A DNA stretch of 64,000 bases from Candidatus Multivoradales bacterium (lineage in GTDB: Bacteria > Acidobacteriota > Thermoanaerobaculia > Multivoradales > JAHEKO01). The notes under the pieces were generated by a model, which had not been told where the DNA came from, ran no database searches, and saw only the letters and a program-made list of their open reading frames with translations. The DNA lies in assembly GCA_965223155.1 (NCBI GenBank), contig CBDCVR010000013.1, positions 128,001 through 192,000 on the forward strand, read 5' to 3'. The translations under genes were made by a program, and so were the position numbers. Every line of letters starts with the position of its first letter. The stretch's first letter is position 1. Shown here piece by piece: positions 10,305-19,649 of the stretch.

Positions 10305-11168
10305 ATTTCGCGTCAGAGCGTCGAAGCCCGACTACTCCAAGAGTCACTCCTCATCGAGGCCGAAGAGGCCCGCAAAGCGGGCGCTGTGGGCTTCATGGCG
10401 CGGTTGCTGGTACAGACCGGACTGCCACACAGCCGTTGCGATTCGCTCTCGTTCGTTCGCACCAACGGCTCGCTCCAGGTGTCGATCTCGGCGCACCCGT
10501 TGCTCGGGTTGCCCTACGGCCGCTATCCGCGACTCCTGATGGCTTGGGTCACGACCGAGGCGGTGCGCACCAAAGAGCCGGTCCTGAAGCTTGGGCCATC
10601 GCTATCCGCTTTCATGGCCGATCTGGGACTGCTGCCGCGCGGTGGCCACCACGGACCGATCGGCCGGCTCCGCGAGCAGATGCAGCGGCTCTTCTCGGCG
10701 ACGATCGCGTTCACCTGGGACCAGCCCGAGCAAGGAGAGTGGCACGACGCCGGCTTCCGGGTCGCCAAGGAGACGCACCTCTGGTGGAACCCGGCGCGAT
10801 CTGACCAGGCCGTCTCCTGGCGCTCTGAGGTTCGCTTGAGCCCGGGCTTCTTCGAGGCGGTCTGCCGGAAGCCGGTGCCCATCGATCTGCGCGTCCTGAA
10901 GGCCCTCAGAGGCCCGATGGCCCTCGACCTGTACTGCTGGCTCACCTACCGCAACAGCTACCTCGCCAAGCCGACTCGCGTGCCTTGGCCGGCGCTCCAG
11001 GCGCAGTTCGGAGCGGACTACGACGACCGGCGCAACTTCAAGCGGAAGTTCCTCGCCGCCATGCGCCAGGTCCTCGTGCTCTACCCCTCAGCGCGAGTCG
11101 AACAGGTTCGCGGCGGCCTGCTCCTCAAGCCATCACCCAGCCACGTGAAAGGGCAGCTCGAGGCATGA
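10305..11168 (+). CDS. repA: Plasmid replication initiator RepA (IncW/pBBR1-like RepA_C family)
   Basis: IEAEEARKAGAVGFMARLLVQTGLPH, GLPYGRYPRLLMAW, PVPIDL, ALDLYCWLTYR and W..LQAQFG motifs. Start proposed at ATT 10305 behind GGAGG; the alternative is GTG 10386. Confidence 0.85.
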   Translation: MSRQSVEARLLQESLLIEAEEARKAGAVGFMARLLVQTGLPHSRCDSLSFVRTNGSLQVSISAHPLLGLPYGRYPRLLMAWVTTEAVRTKEPVLKLGPSLSAFMADLGLLPRGGHHGPIGRLREQMQRLFSATIAFTWDQPEQGEWHDAGFRVAKETHLWWNPARSDQAVSWRSEVRLSPGFFEAVCRKPVPIDLRVLKALRGPMALDLYCWLTYRNSYLAKPTRVPWPALQAQFGADYDDRRNFKRKFLAAMRQVLVLYPSARVEQVRGGLLLKPSPSHVKGQLEA

Positions 11169-11190
11169 GCGTGTCTGCGGAAAGCGCCCG

Positions 11191-11272
11191 TTTTCCACAC
11201 ATAACGGGTACCCCTCGCCACGCATAAACGGTACCCCTTTGGCCGGCCGACCTACGCATAAACGGTACTCCC
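11191..11272 (+). repeat. Putative oriV: DnaA box plus three ~20-bp iterons
   Basis: TTTTCCACA (11191-11199); CACACATAACGGGTACCCCT (11196), CACGCATAAACGGTACCCCT (11219), TACGCATAAACGGTACTCCC (11253), directly downstream of repA. Confidence 0.72.
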
Positions 11273-11663
11273 ATCCCTGTAGTGGTTCCTGTAGATCCCA
11301 TCCAGTAGGAGTAGCCGGTGTCGCTGTGGAAGGTGCCCACCCGAGCCCCCAACCTGGAAATCCCGCGAGGATTCCCACACCTCCCACAACGACCGGCGAC
11401 GGCGGCTAGAGAGGTGCAGAGCGATTCGAGTTGAAGGCGCCGGGTACCGAGCTCTGGTGAATCGAGCGAGATGGACTGTGCTCTGGCGGGAGAGCAACAG
11501 TGGAGCTTGGCTCAGGTATGAGTTATCCGAGACGAGGAGTCGCACCCTGGAAACGGGAAGCGCGGAGAGTGATCGGCTGTGCAAGGCGGTAGGCCTCCGA
11601 TCACGAGCGGGATGAGTGATCAGAGGCGAGCTGTCCCGTGCGTCGTTGAGAATCTGGGAGCAA

Positions 11664-11718
11664 GCAAGTCGCTCGAGGATCCGAATGTCAGACATTCGGC
11701 CCCCCGAGCGAGGCTTGC
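11664..11718. other. Putative oriT (long imperfect inverted repeat upstream of mobC)
   Basis: Perfect CCGAATGTC-A-GACATTCGG core (11681-11699) with outer arms GCAAG-TCGCTCG / CGAGCGA-GG-CTTGC. Confidence 0.5.
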
Positions 11719-11823
11719 CCCGCTCCTCGCCGGCGCTGCCGGCTACGGTCTCGCACCCTGCGGGCGCTCGGAGCGGGAGAGAAGAGAGTCGTCTTCGCGT
11801 TCTCGACTTGCCGGGAGCGCTCC

Positions 11824-12300
11824 GTGAAGCCTGACGGCGGGCCGCGGACCATCCGCTCGACCATTCGCTGGTCCGAGGCCGAGTGGCGACAGGTCGCCTT
11901 CCAGGCTCGGCGCTGGGGTTTGAAGCCATCGAGCTACATCCGGCTTCGGGCACTGAAGGACCCGCCGGTGGCGCCGCGGGCCGCGCGAGCGGCCCGGGTT
12001 CGGTATGCCGAGCCGCGCTCAGTCGGGAAGCTCATCCGCTTCCACCCGAAGGAGTGGGCGCGGATCGAGCGGATGGCGAAGACCTTGAAGTTGCCGCCAA
12101 TCCGGTTCGTGCGGGAGGCGGCCGTGGGCTACCGGGTCTCGACCCGGGTCAACGAGGAGGCGATCCGCCAGCTGGCCCGGCTGGGGAACAACTTGAACCA
12201 GATGGCGCGGGTGGCGAACTCAGCGCGCCAGGTCGAGCACGGCGAGGCCCTCTTCGGGGTGCTGCAGGACATCCGGGCCACTCTCGACCGGCTCCTATGA
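11824..12300 (+). CDS. mobC: MobC relaxosome accessory protein with two ribbon-helix-helix units
   Basis: C-terminal QLARLGNNLNQMARVAN MobC motif; two RHH-like segments (IRWSEAEW..., IRFHPKEW...). Confidence 0.85.
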   Translation: MKPDGGPRTIRSTIRWSEAEWRQVAFQARRWGLKPSSYIRLRALKDPPVAPRAARAARVRYAEPRSVGKLIRFHPKEWARIERMAKTLKLPPIRFVREAAVGYRVSTRVNEEAIRQLARLGNNLNQMARVANSARQVEHGEALFGVLQDIRATLDRLL

Positions 12301-13748
12301 TTGGCAGCCGTCCGAGTCTCGGGAGCGGCTTCCGAGGGCTCCAGCAGTACCTTCTCCACGGCCGCAACGGGGCATCGCCCGAGCGCTCGGTGTGGACCTC
12401 GACGCGGAACCTGCCCGGGGAGCCGGAGCAGAGCGCAGGGATCATGCGGGCGACTGCGAACGAGTCGCACCGAGTCGAAAAGCCCGTCTATCACCTCTCG
12501 GTCTCGATGGCGCCCGGGGAGGAACTCGGGCGAGAGGAGCTCGAGCGGGTCGCCGACCGGCTGCTCGAGGATCTAGGGCTCGAGGGACACCAGGTGCTTC
12601 TGGCCGAGCATGCGGATGGCGTCCAGCAGCACATTCATCTCATGGTCAACCGGGTGCATCCGGAGACGGGGCGGGCCTGGAGCGCCTGGCGGGACTATGA
12701 GCGGATCGAGGGGTCGCTCCGAGGGCAGGAGCGGGAACTGGGCTTGCGGCTGGTGCCCGGGCGGCATGCGCCGGTGCCGGGCCTAGAACGCTCGATTGGG
12801 ACCCGGCTGGGGGTGGGTGGATTCACGGAGGAGGCCCGGGAGCTTGCGGGCGACGCCTTCAGGACGGCGAAGAGCTGGCAGGAGCTTCACGCTTCGCTTT
12901 CGGGGAGAGGTTTGACGCTCCAGCCGTCCCGGTCGGGGCGGGGGCTGGTCGTGACCGATGGGCGGCGGTACGCGGCAGCTTCCAAGGTGGCGCGGGAGGC
13001 GAGCCGATGGAAGCTCGAGGCGAAGCTCGGGCCCTATCAGGGTCCTTCTCGCGATCTTGGGAGGATCCGAGAGATCGCGCGAGCCCTCGACCATCGAGGC
13101 AAGCTCGAAGCGAAGCGGACTCGCTGGCAGAGTTCCCTGCGCGATCTGGGGGAGAAGCTCGCCGATCACAAGCGGGCAGCCGAGGGGCTCGCCCGTGCTT
13201 CGGGCGACCTCGACCGAGTCCTGGGAGGCGTCTACCGCGACCCCGCAGCCGCTCGGCAGAAGATCGAGCGGGTTCTCGAGCACCACGGCAAGAGCACGAC
13301 ACTCGAGTCCCTACGAGCCCCCGGACAGTACGGAAAACTCCTCGGTCGTCCAGCGTCGCGGACTCGGCGGCAGGCGCGCCAGGCGATCCGAGAGCGGCTG
13401 CCCGAGGCGATTGGAAACTACGCCCAGGCCATGCGGGTCGAGCGCGCCAAGCTCGAGCGCCTCACTCCATATCGTAGGAATCCGAAGAGCCCGATCCGCG
13501 AAGCTGCTGGCCGCGCCCAGAGGGTCCTCCGGCGAGCTCTCGGACGCCTCGAAAAGATCGACCGGGGCATCGAGCCACGCAAGCAGCTCGAGAGGCAGGC
13601 GGCCTCGATCGTCAAACGACTCGGCTGGGCGGCCGTCCAGCGACTCGTGCCGGGCCCGAGTTACCAAATGCTTCGGGTGGCAGTGTCGCTTGCCAACGCT
13701 CCGGCCCGTCTGATCGGCCATGGGATGACTAGGGGCTTAGATCGTTGA
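12297..13748 (+). CDS. MOB_P-type relaxase / mobilization nuclease
   Basis: ATGA overlap with mobC stop; GSGFRGLQQYL (Tyr), VYHLSVS and H.D...QHIHLMVNRVHPETG motifs. Confidence 0.88.
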   Translation: MIGSRPSLGSGFRGLQQYLLHGRNGASPERSVWTSTRNLPGEPEQSAGIMRATANESHRVEKPVYHLSVSMAPGEELGREELERVADRLLEDLGLEGHQVLLAEHADGVQQHIHLMVNRVHPETGRAWSAWRDYERIEGSLRGQERELGLRLVPGRHAPVPGLERSIGTRLGVGGFTEEARELAGDAFRTAKSWQELHASLSGRGLTLQPSRSGRGLVVTDGRRYAAASKVAREASRWKLEAKLGPYQGPSRDLGRIREIARALDHRGKLEAKRTRWQSSLRDLGEKLADHKRAAEGLARASGDLDRVLGGVYRDPAAARQKIERVLEHHGKSTTLESLRAPGQYGKLLGRPASRTRRQARQAIRERLPEAIGNYAQAMRVERAKLERLTPYRRNPKSPIREAAGRAQRVLRRALGRLEKIDRGIEPRKQLERQAASIVKRLGWAAVQRLVPGPSYQMLRVAVSLANAPARLIGHGMTRGLDR

Positions 13749-13991
13749 TTGAACCCTGACTACTCGTGAAAACCGGCAGAGCAAATAGCTCTCGCGGGTT
13801 CGAGTACTGCCGACTCCACTGCATGCGTCGACTCTACAGATGTCCGTCGCGACAGGCTCGTACCGGTCTCCGCGCCCTCGTCTGGCGAACCAGCGCTCCA
13901 GTAGCACCAGATGCGACGCGCCGCACTGCGTGGTTGTGGCAACACGGTTTCGGTGATCCGGAAAGGCCGCTAGTAGAATCCGTTGCTGCAG

Positions 13992-15149
13992 ATGAGACGC
14001 TTGGTAGACAGCTCCTATTTAATGGCCGTCGAGCGGTGTTTAGAAGGGCAGGCTGTGTCCATGACGGACGTCGAGACGCTAGTCCGCTTCGTAGGAGAGG
14101 TCCTCGTTGCGGACGTGCTCCTCCATACCGCCGACGAGACTGGGCCCGTGTACGAGGCGGTGATGGACGCGGCGAGCAGGATAAACACGCTCGGCGGAGA
14201 TGCTCGGTTGCTGCACCACTTTTCTCACGGATCCGTGAACTACCCGCAGATCTGCCAACGGGCTGCTGAACTGTTCGCGACGGAGCTTCGGTTCATTCGC
14301 GCAGACTCGCTAGTGGAACCGGTCGCAGGCTTTGAGCCTCGATTTGCAGGTGGAATAGCGAATCCAGATGTCTCATTGGTGGAGATACTCGAAGACATCA
14401 GATTGGGGCGACTGCCCCAGGAGCCTTTACTTCTTACTCCAACTACGGCGCCGCTGTCGATTGTGTCCAACTTGGCAGTCCAAGAGGGCTTGGTGGAGCT
14501 GCTCGAGAGAGGGTTTCAAGTTACCGACGCCAACGCTCTGGCGCTGGCCGCAACCATGCGGATGGTCGTGTACACGCTAATGGGACAACATCTGACCGCT
14601 GATTACCTCCCTGCGACCGCTCGGGCAAGGCTCCATACCCTCCCGGAGCGGCCTGAGCATCCGGATACGGCTGATCTGGTCGCTCAAGGTATGAGCGGCA
14701 TCAAGAGAGTCCGAGAGGCGCCCATTTCAAGGGTGATCGACGCAGCCGTAGGACTTGCAGAGGGCAGCCCCGAAGAACTGCTGCGGCTAGCGTTCGAGCT
14801 ACGGCAAGCTACCTCTGATTGTCGCCCGTTCTTCAGATCGGGGATTCCTAGGGATGGTTGCCTGGAAAAGGACAACCGCATGGCGAGGCAGTTGGAGGAG
14901 GCGTTAGCAGTCAGATTGCACGAGAATGACGCTCCATCCCTCCTTCGGAGTCTCGAGCCCAGAATCTTTCTAATAGGCCCGGTCCCAGGTATTCTGCTGA
15001 AACTCGAGCGCCTTGGAGAATGGCTTCAGTGGAAGGTCCGAGACCGACAGGCAACCGCAGTTGCGGACTTCATTGGGAGGGCCCGCAAGCGTGACACTCG
15101 TACGGCATACGAGCGCCTAGCGATCGGAGCCGGAGTTGCGCGGAGATGA
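13992..15149 (+). CDS. Hypothetical protein
   Basis: ~385-aa ORF with protein-like composition, ATGA-coupled to the downstream kinase; no motif recognised. Confidence 0.65.
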   Translation: MRRLVDSSYLMAVERCLEGQAVSMTDVETLVRFVGEVLVADVLLHTADETGPVYEAVMDAASRINTLGGDARLLHHFSHGSVNYPQICQRAAELFATELRFIRADSLVEPVAGFEPRFAGGIANPDVSLVEILEDIRLGRLPQEPLLLTPTTAPLSIVSNLAVQEGLVELLERGFQVTDANALALAATMRMVVYTLMGQHLTADYLPATARARLHTLPERPEHPDTADLVAQGMSGIKRVREAPISRVIDAAVGLAEGSPEELLRLAFELRQATSDCRPFFRSGIPRDGCLEKDNRMARQLEEALAVRLHENDAPSLLRSLEPRIFLIGPVPGILLKLERLGEWLQWKVRDRQATAVADFIGRARKRDTRTAYERLAIGAGVARR

Positions 15150-15670
15150 GTTGTATCGCACTGGTCTATGGACTTCCCGGAGTGGGAAAGACGACGGTAT
15201 GCCGGGAGATCGAAGCGCAAACTAGAGCCGATTACTGCTGTGTTGATGAGCTGTGGGCAACACTTCTTAGGAACCCCACGTATTCGGCGACTGAGAGCTC
15301 CCAGGTCTTTCAGGAGCTGTTACGACGGCTCGAGCTCAAGATGTCGGCGGGCGCCAATCTGATACTTGCAGAGGGTGTCTTTGCTTCTGCGAGCCGGGTA
15401 CACGAGGTAAGAGATACTGCGGCTAACACTGGATATCGTCTTCGGTGCTATTTGCTGACGTGTAATCGCGAAAGTACCCTAGAGAGACTCAGCGAGCGAG
15501 AAAGCGATTCCCCGAGCGCGCAGAAACAGATGCACGAACTCTGGCACTTCCTTTCAGAGAAGATGAACAGTAAGTGCGAGGCAGATCTGCAGATTGCCAC
15601 CGACATGTTAAGCCCGAGCGAAGCCGCGTCGAGAGTGTGCAGGGACCTGGTTAAATACCTGCAGTGCTGA
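15146..15670 (+). CDS. P-loop kinase (AAA_33 / gluconate-shikimate kinase-like)
   Basis: YGLPGVGKTT Walker A, D after the first strand, ERLSER lid motif. Confidence 0.8.
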   Translation: MSCIALVYGLPGVGKTTVCREIEAQTRADYCCVDELWATLLRNPTYSATESSQVFQELLRRLELKMSAGANLILAEGVFASASRVHEVRDTAANTGYRLRCYLLTCNRESTLERLSERESDSPSAQKQMHELWHFLSEKMNSKCEADLQIATDMLSPSEAASRVCRDLVKYLQC

Positions 15671-16427
15671 AGTCAAAAACTGATTGAGCAAGCTCGTGGA
15701 GGTCGATCCCGGTCTTCTTTTGGACGCCGAGTTTCTCTGCGTCCTCAGCAGCTTTCTCGTACGCAAGCGGATCTCCAAGGTAGAGATGCCGGCACAAGAT
15801 CATCTTTCGCATGGCCTTTAGTCGATAGGCGGATGGCACAGAGCTCCTGGCCAGTTTCAGCATGATCTGGTTCCAAGTGTGGAGATCTTCAGGTGATGGG
15901 TCCGGCCTCACTTGTAGACTCTCATAGGGAACGCCGAGGATCGGTCTGTTCTTGGTCAAAAAAGCGAGTGTATGAAAAGGGAGTGCCGAGGCCATTTCAT
16001 CGAGGTCAGCGGTTGCGAGAGGTCCGCAGACGTGAAGAACCAACAATGGTCTTCGGGGCGGGAGGTCACTTGTAATTGGGCCAAACGAGTACTCGACAAA
16101 GACATTAGCTGGACGAATGCGGCTATCGATCGAGTCCACTGCTGAACGCATCACTGCTTTGAAAGAAGGAGCTGTAGAGTCGAATGCGCCGGAGTGCGGT
16201 CGCCCCTCAGCGATGGCTGCCCTCAGCTCAAGGAACTTTCCGGCGAAGAAGGGTGCGCGCGCTTGAAGGTCGACAAAAAGAAGGTCGAGGTCTTCATACT
16301 CTGTGGAAGGTCCGAGTAGCGAGCTGCCAAGCTGGTACCCAGAGAGGGTGGATTCATGCTGTTCGGCGCTTCTGGCGATTGCCTTCAGAATTGCCGGTAC
16401 GGCTTTGTGGAGAGAGTGATCGACCAT
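15651..16427 (-). CDS. Putative Pol-beta-superfamily nucleotidyltransferase
   Basis: GYQLGSSL...EYEDLDLLFVD matches the GS-x(n)-DxD motif. Confidence 0.55.
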   Translation of the reverse strand: MVDHSLHKAVPAILKAIARSAEQHESTLSGYQLGSSLLGPSTEYEDLDLLFVDLQARAPFFAGKFLELRAAIAEGRPHSGAFDSTAPSFKAVMRSAVDSIDSRIRPANVFVEYSFGPITSDLPPRRPLLVLHVCGPLATADLDEMASALPFHTLAFLTKNRPILGVPYESLQVRPDPSPEDLHTWNQIMLKLARSSVPSAYRLKAMRKMILCRHLYLGDPLAYEKAAEDAEKLGVQKKTGIDLHELAQSVFDFSTAGI

Positions 16428-16431
16428 TGGA

Positions 16432-17076
16432 CTAGATCTTGATCGCGAGGTTGAGGCCGTCGCGCACCGGCAAAAGGGTAACGAGGAAACCGGGGTCGGC
16501 GGCTAGGCGCTTATTAAAGAGGTCAGTAGCCACCTCCCATCCTCTTTCCGGCTTGAGCACAGCCCCGCGCAAGAGAGCATTGTCGACAACAAGCACGCCG
16601 CCACTTGTGAGAGCGTTCGCTATGACCTCGTAGCAGTCGTGAATTCCGTCCTTTCTCGCGTCAAGAAGGACAAAGTCAAATTGGCGAGAGGTACGTGCTA
16701 ACCAGGAGAAGCCGTCGTCACAGACGAAGTGAGCCGCGACCTTTCGCGGAAGCGGGCGGATAGCCTTGCGCGCTGCATCTAGGTGTTCTTTCGATGTGTC
16801 GAGGCTGGTCAGCGTCGCTCCTGGGAGAAGTTCCTCGAGAATCATGGCTGTGGCGTAGCCAGTGAAGCAACCGATCTCTAGAACCTCGCGAGGCGCAGTC
16901 AAACGAACCAGCACCCTCAGGAGGGTGCCCACCGGCGTGCCCAGAATCCAATGCGTGGTGTCGAAACTTCGAGACTCCGCGCGGGCTCGACGCGCGGCTT
17001 CAGGTTCGCCACTGCAATGCCTCGCGCAGTAATCCAGCATGTTCGGACGAGGCAAGTTGAAGTCTCCCATCGACAC
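16432..17076 (-). CDS. SAM-dependent O-methyltransferase (caffeoyl-CoA / Methyltransf_3 type)
   Basis: VLEIGCFTGY, FDFVLLDARK, GGVLVVDN, LLPVRDGL. Confidence 0.88.
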   Translation of the reverse strand: MSMGDFNLPRPNMLDYCARHCSGEPEAARRARAESRSFDTTHWILGTPVGTLLRVLVRLTAPREVLEIGCFTGYATAMILEELLPGATLTSLDTSKEHLDAARKAIRPLPRKVAAHFVCDDGFSWLARTSRQFDFVLLDARKDGIHDCYEVIANALTSGGVLVVDNALLRGAVLKPERGWEVATDLFNKRLAADPGFLVTLLPVRDGLNLAIKI

Positions 17077-17978
17077 TAGGAGTCGACACCGCGGAAGGCA
17101 GGCACAAAGACTTGTAGGAGAAAATCTTCAAGGGATGTGCTTGTGGTGTTTGACGGTGCCCTCTCCTCAAGGTGAGAGATGTGCCCAGTGTTGAACCCAT
17201 CGTACATTTCAAGAAGAAGGTCAGCGCTCTTTCTCGACATTCCGTGACTCACCATCCCCGATATGGCTTCATCTGGGGAGAACTGTCTATAGGTGAGATC
17301 AGGCAGCTCCAGGGCCACGGAGATAGCGTTAGCCACCTCGGCCATGGTGTAGCTTCTTGGGCCTTGAAGCTCGGCAATGTGATGCCCGTCAAACGAAGGT
17401 TCTGACAGAAGGTCGCTCGCAAAGTCCGCGATGTCCCGAGTCGCGATCATTGGAAGAGAGAGCGTTGGCCTGAGAAGACCTCCCATGGAGCCCTGGCTGC
17501 GGATGAGTCCTAGTGAGTGAAGGGTGTTCTCCATGAAAAAAGCCGGTCGGAGGGTCGTGAGATTGCGATCCGCAAGCGATGAGAGTTCTTGCTCGAAGTT
17601 GTGAAGACCTACGATAGGCCCTGTGCCTGATTGTCTGTCGGCGCCAACACTGCTCAGACTCACAATGTGGTCAACCGAGGACTCCTTGAGGGCAGCGATT
17701 TGGCATTCTATGAATTGCGCCTGTAGTGCAGGGTAGTCGCCGCTCATATCGGGGGGGAGCATCGTGAACGCAGCCTGTGCACCGGCAAACGCCTCTGAGA
17801 CGAATCGACTGTCAGCCAACTCACCTACTGCCGGCTCGGCTCCGACGGCTGAAAGTGCAGCGGCAGCCTCGGTAGAGCGGGTAATGGCGCGGCATTGGAC
17901 ACCGCGAGCTAAGAGGTTCTTCAGTAGCTTGCTTCCTATCTGTCCGGTTGAACCGACGACGACCACTTTCTGACCCAT
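17076..17978 (-). CDS. NmrA-like NAD(P)H-binding protein (atypical SDR)
   Basis: VVGSTGQIG Rossmann motif, LSSVGA, LRPAFFMEN, MIATRDIA. Confidence 0.88.
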   Translation of the reverse strand: MGQKVVVVGSTGQIGSKLLKNLLARGVQCRAITRSTEAAAALSAVGAEPAVGELADSRFVSEAFAGAQAAFTMLPPDMSGDYPALQAQFIECQIAALKESSVDHIVSLSSVGADRQSGTGPIVGLHNFEQELSSLADRNLTTLRPAFFMENTLHSLGLIRSQGSMGGLLRPTLSLPMIATRDIADFASDLLSEPSFDGHHIAELQGPRSYTMAEVANAISVALELPDLTYRQFSPDEAISGMVSHGMSRKSADLLLEMYDGFNTGHISHLEERAPSNTTSTSLEDFLLQVFVPAFRGVDS

Positions 17979-17989
17979 GTCTAGGCCTC

Positions 17990-18817
17990 CTACTGTGCTG
18001 GAATTGGGATCGGTGGCTGATGCCTCGACACTCGGTAGTTGGCATCCGAGCGAACGTAGTGGGCGGCGATCGCGCGGCGCCAGGTCTCTGTAGAGTTGGA
18101 CGGGGACGAGTGCAGAACGAGACTGTGATGAAGAATACAGTCGCCCGGCTCCGCTGGAACAGGCACTAGATCGCCCAGGTCGCTACGCGGCGTTAAGTGA
18201 GGCGTGCCTGCTATTTGTCGATGGTCAAGCAACCCCACAGCGTGAGAGCCAGGCACATAATGCAGACATCCGTTCTCGACTGTGGCTCGGTCGACAGGGC
18301 ACCAGCAAGTCACAAGATGCTCAGGGGGATGCACTCCGAAGTATGCGTTGTCCTGGTGAGGCGGTTTTTCCGAACCGAGCCTGGCTGGTTTCAAGATCGC
18401 CTGATCTGAGTAGAGGCTAATTGGCGAACCGATGAGGTCTTGAACGACCTTCGTAATTCGGGTCGATAGGGAGTGGGCACGGAATACTGGTTCGTAGGCG
18501 CTTAGGTATCTAAACCGGCGTACGGTCGCCTTCGAGCGTGGCGACACACCTCCTGCATCCGCTTCATGCCCAACCAGCAAACGCTGAGCCTCGGGTCCTT
18601 CCCAGTCTTCACACAGCTCGTCGAGTCGTCTCCTCATCTTCTCGACCTCGGCACGGGGCACCAAGCCCGGCATGAGCAAGAAGCCCTGTGCTAGGAAAAG
18701 ACCTCTATCCGTCAAGTCTGCGAGCACCTTTCGGAAACGTTGAATAGCTGGCTGGAAGTATACAAGGAGTGTTTCTGACGCACTTCCAGGTTGCTCTGTC
18801 GGCGTCACGTGCCGCAC
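17990..18817 (-). CDS. Phytanoyl-CoA dioxygenase-family Fe(II)/2-oxoglutarate oxygenase
   Basis: KP...PPHQDNAYF (HxD), ENGCLHYVPGSH, HSLVLHSS.N, RR; start position uncertain. Confidence 0.85.
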   Translation of the reverse strand: MRHVTPTEQPGSASETLLVYFQPAIQRFRKVLADLTDRGLFLAQGFLLMPGLVPRAEVEKMRRRLDELCEDWEGPEAQRLLVGHEADAGGVSPRSKATVRRFRYLSAYEPVFRAHSLSTRITKVVQDLIGSPISLYSDQAILKPARLGSEKPPHQDNAYFGVHPPEHLVTCWCPVDRATVENGCLHYVPGSHAVGLLDHRQIAGTPHLTPRSDLGDLVPVPAEPGDCILHHSLVLHSSPSNSTETWRRAIAAHYVRSDANYRVSRHQPPIPIPAQ

Positions 18818-18906
18818 GGGCTCGCCTAGTAGAGCTTGAAAGCATCATGGGAGTAAGAAAGAGGTCGATCCTTGACCCCACCGAGCGAGCCCGCCATGCT
18901 TAGTAA

Positions 18907-19572
18907 ATGACCGGCTCGATCTGGGAACAGCCGGAATCGGTCGCCAAATTCGCCGGACGTGATCCGGACGTACGACTGCTCGAGATCCTCGACGGTTACG
19001 CAGCGGCGGAAGGTGCGCGGGTGCTCGACCTGGGCTGTGGCGGCGGCCGCAACAGCCAAGTGCTGGCTCGCCGTGGATTCGATCTCTACGCGCTCGACGC
19101 GTCGCGGGCAATGGTGGCTCATACCAGGCGCTGCTTGCGACCTCTGCTCGGCAAGCTGCAGACGGCCAGCCGCGTCAACCACGGCGGCATGGACAACCTC
19201 GGCCAGTTTGCCGACGCCTTTTTCGACCTGGTGGTGGCGCTCGGCATCTACCACTGCGCCTCCAGCCGCGCGGAATGGGACTCGGCACTGTCCGAGACCG
19301 CCCGAGTGCTGAAAGGTGGGGGACGTCTCCTAGTCTCGATCTTCACGCCGGAGACCGACTTGACGGGGAAGGGAGTACGGCCAGTGCCTAGCGAGCCGAA
19401 CCTTTACGACGGGCTGCCGGCGGGTCGCTGCTTCCTTGTTGATCCGGAGACCCTAGACGCCGAAATGGGCCGTTTTGGCCTCACTGCCGAAGTGCCCAGC
19501 CGGACCGTGCGGGTCGACACGGAAACGGGCCGTCGGGTCGTGATCAACGCGCTCTACGCGAAGGAGGAATAG
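18907..19572 (+). CDS. Class I SAM-dependent methyltransferase
   Basis: VLDLGCGGGRN, FDLVV, RVLKGGG. Confidence 0.88.
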   Translation: MTGSIWEQPESVAKFAGRDPDVRLLEILDGYAAAEGARVLDLGCGGGRNSQVLARRGFDLYALDASRAMVAHTRRCLRPLLGKLQTASRVNHGGMDNLGQFADAFFDLVVALGIYHCASSRAEWDSALSETARVLKGGGRLLVSIFTPETDLTGKGVRPVPSEPNLYDGLPAGRCFLVDPETLDAEMGRFGLTAEVPSRTVRVDTETGRRVVINALYAKEE

Positions 19573-19649
19573 AGCAATCCTGGGAGGTGTAGCATTTCGC
19601 TGAAGCGTCCAGGCAGGGGTTCGAGTTCCACTGAGCGGAATCCGCCGAG

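Noticed and set aside
11196-11272. Short direct repeats considered as a CRISPR array
   Set aside because: Only three ~20-bp units with 3- and 14-bp gaps, no cas genes; position next to repA fits iterons.
11883-12296. N-terminal 138 aa of the 621-aa relaxase ORF
   Set aside because: Overlaps mobC in another frame; relaxase motifs start at ATG 12297 with ATGA coupling.
19582-19632. tRNA-like fragments (GGTGTAGC...GGGGTTCGAGTTCC; also GGGTTCGAGT near 13796)
   Set aside because: Only a T-loop-like word; too short and no anticodon or acceptor arms can be folded.
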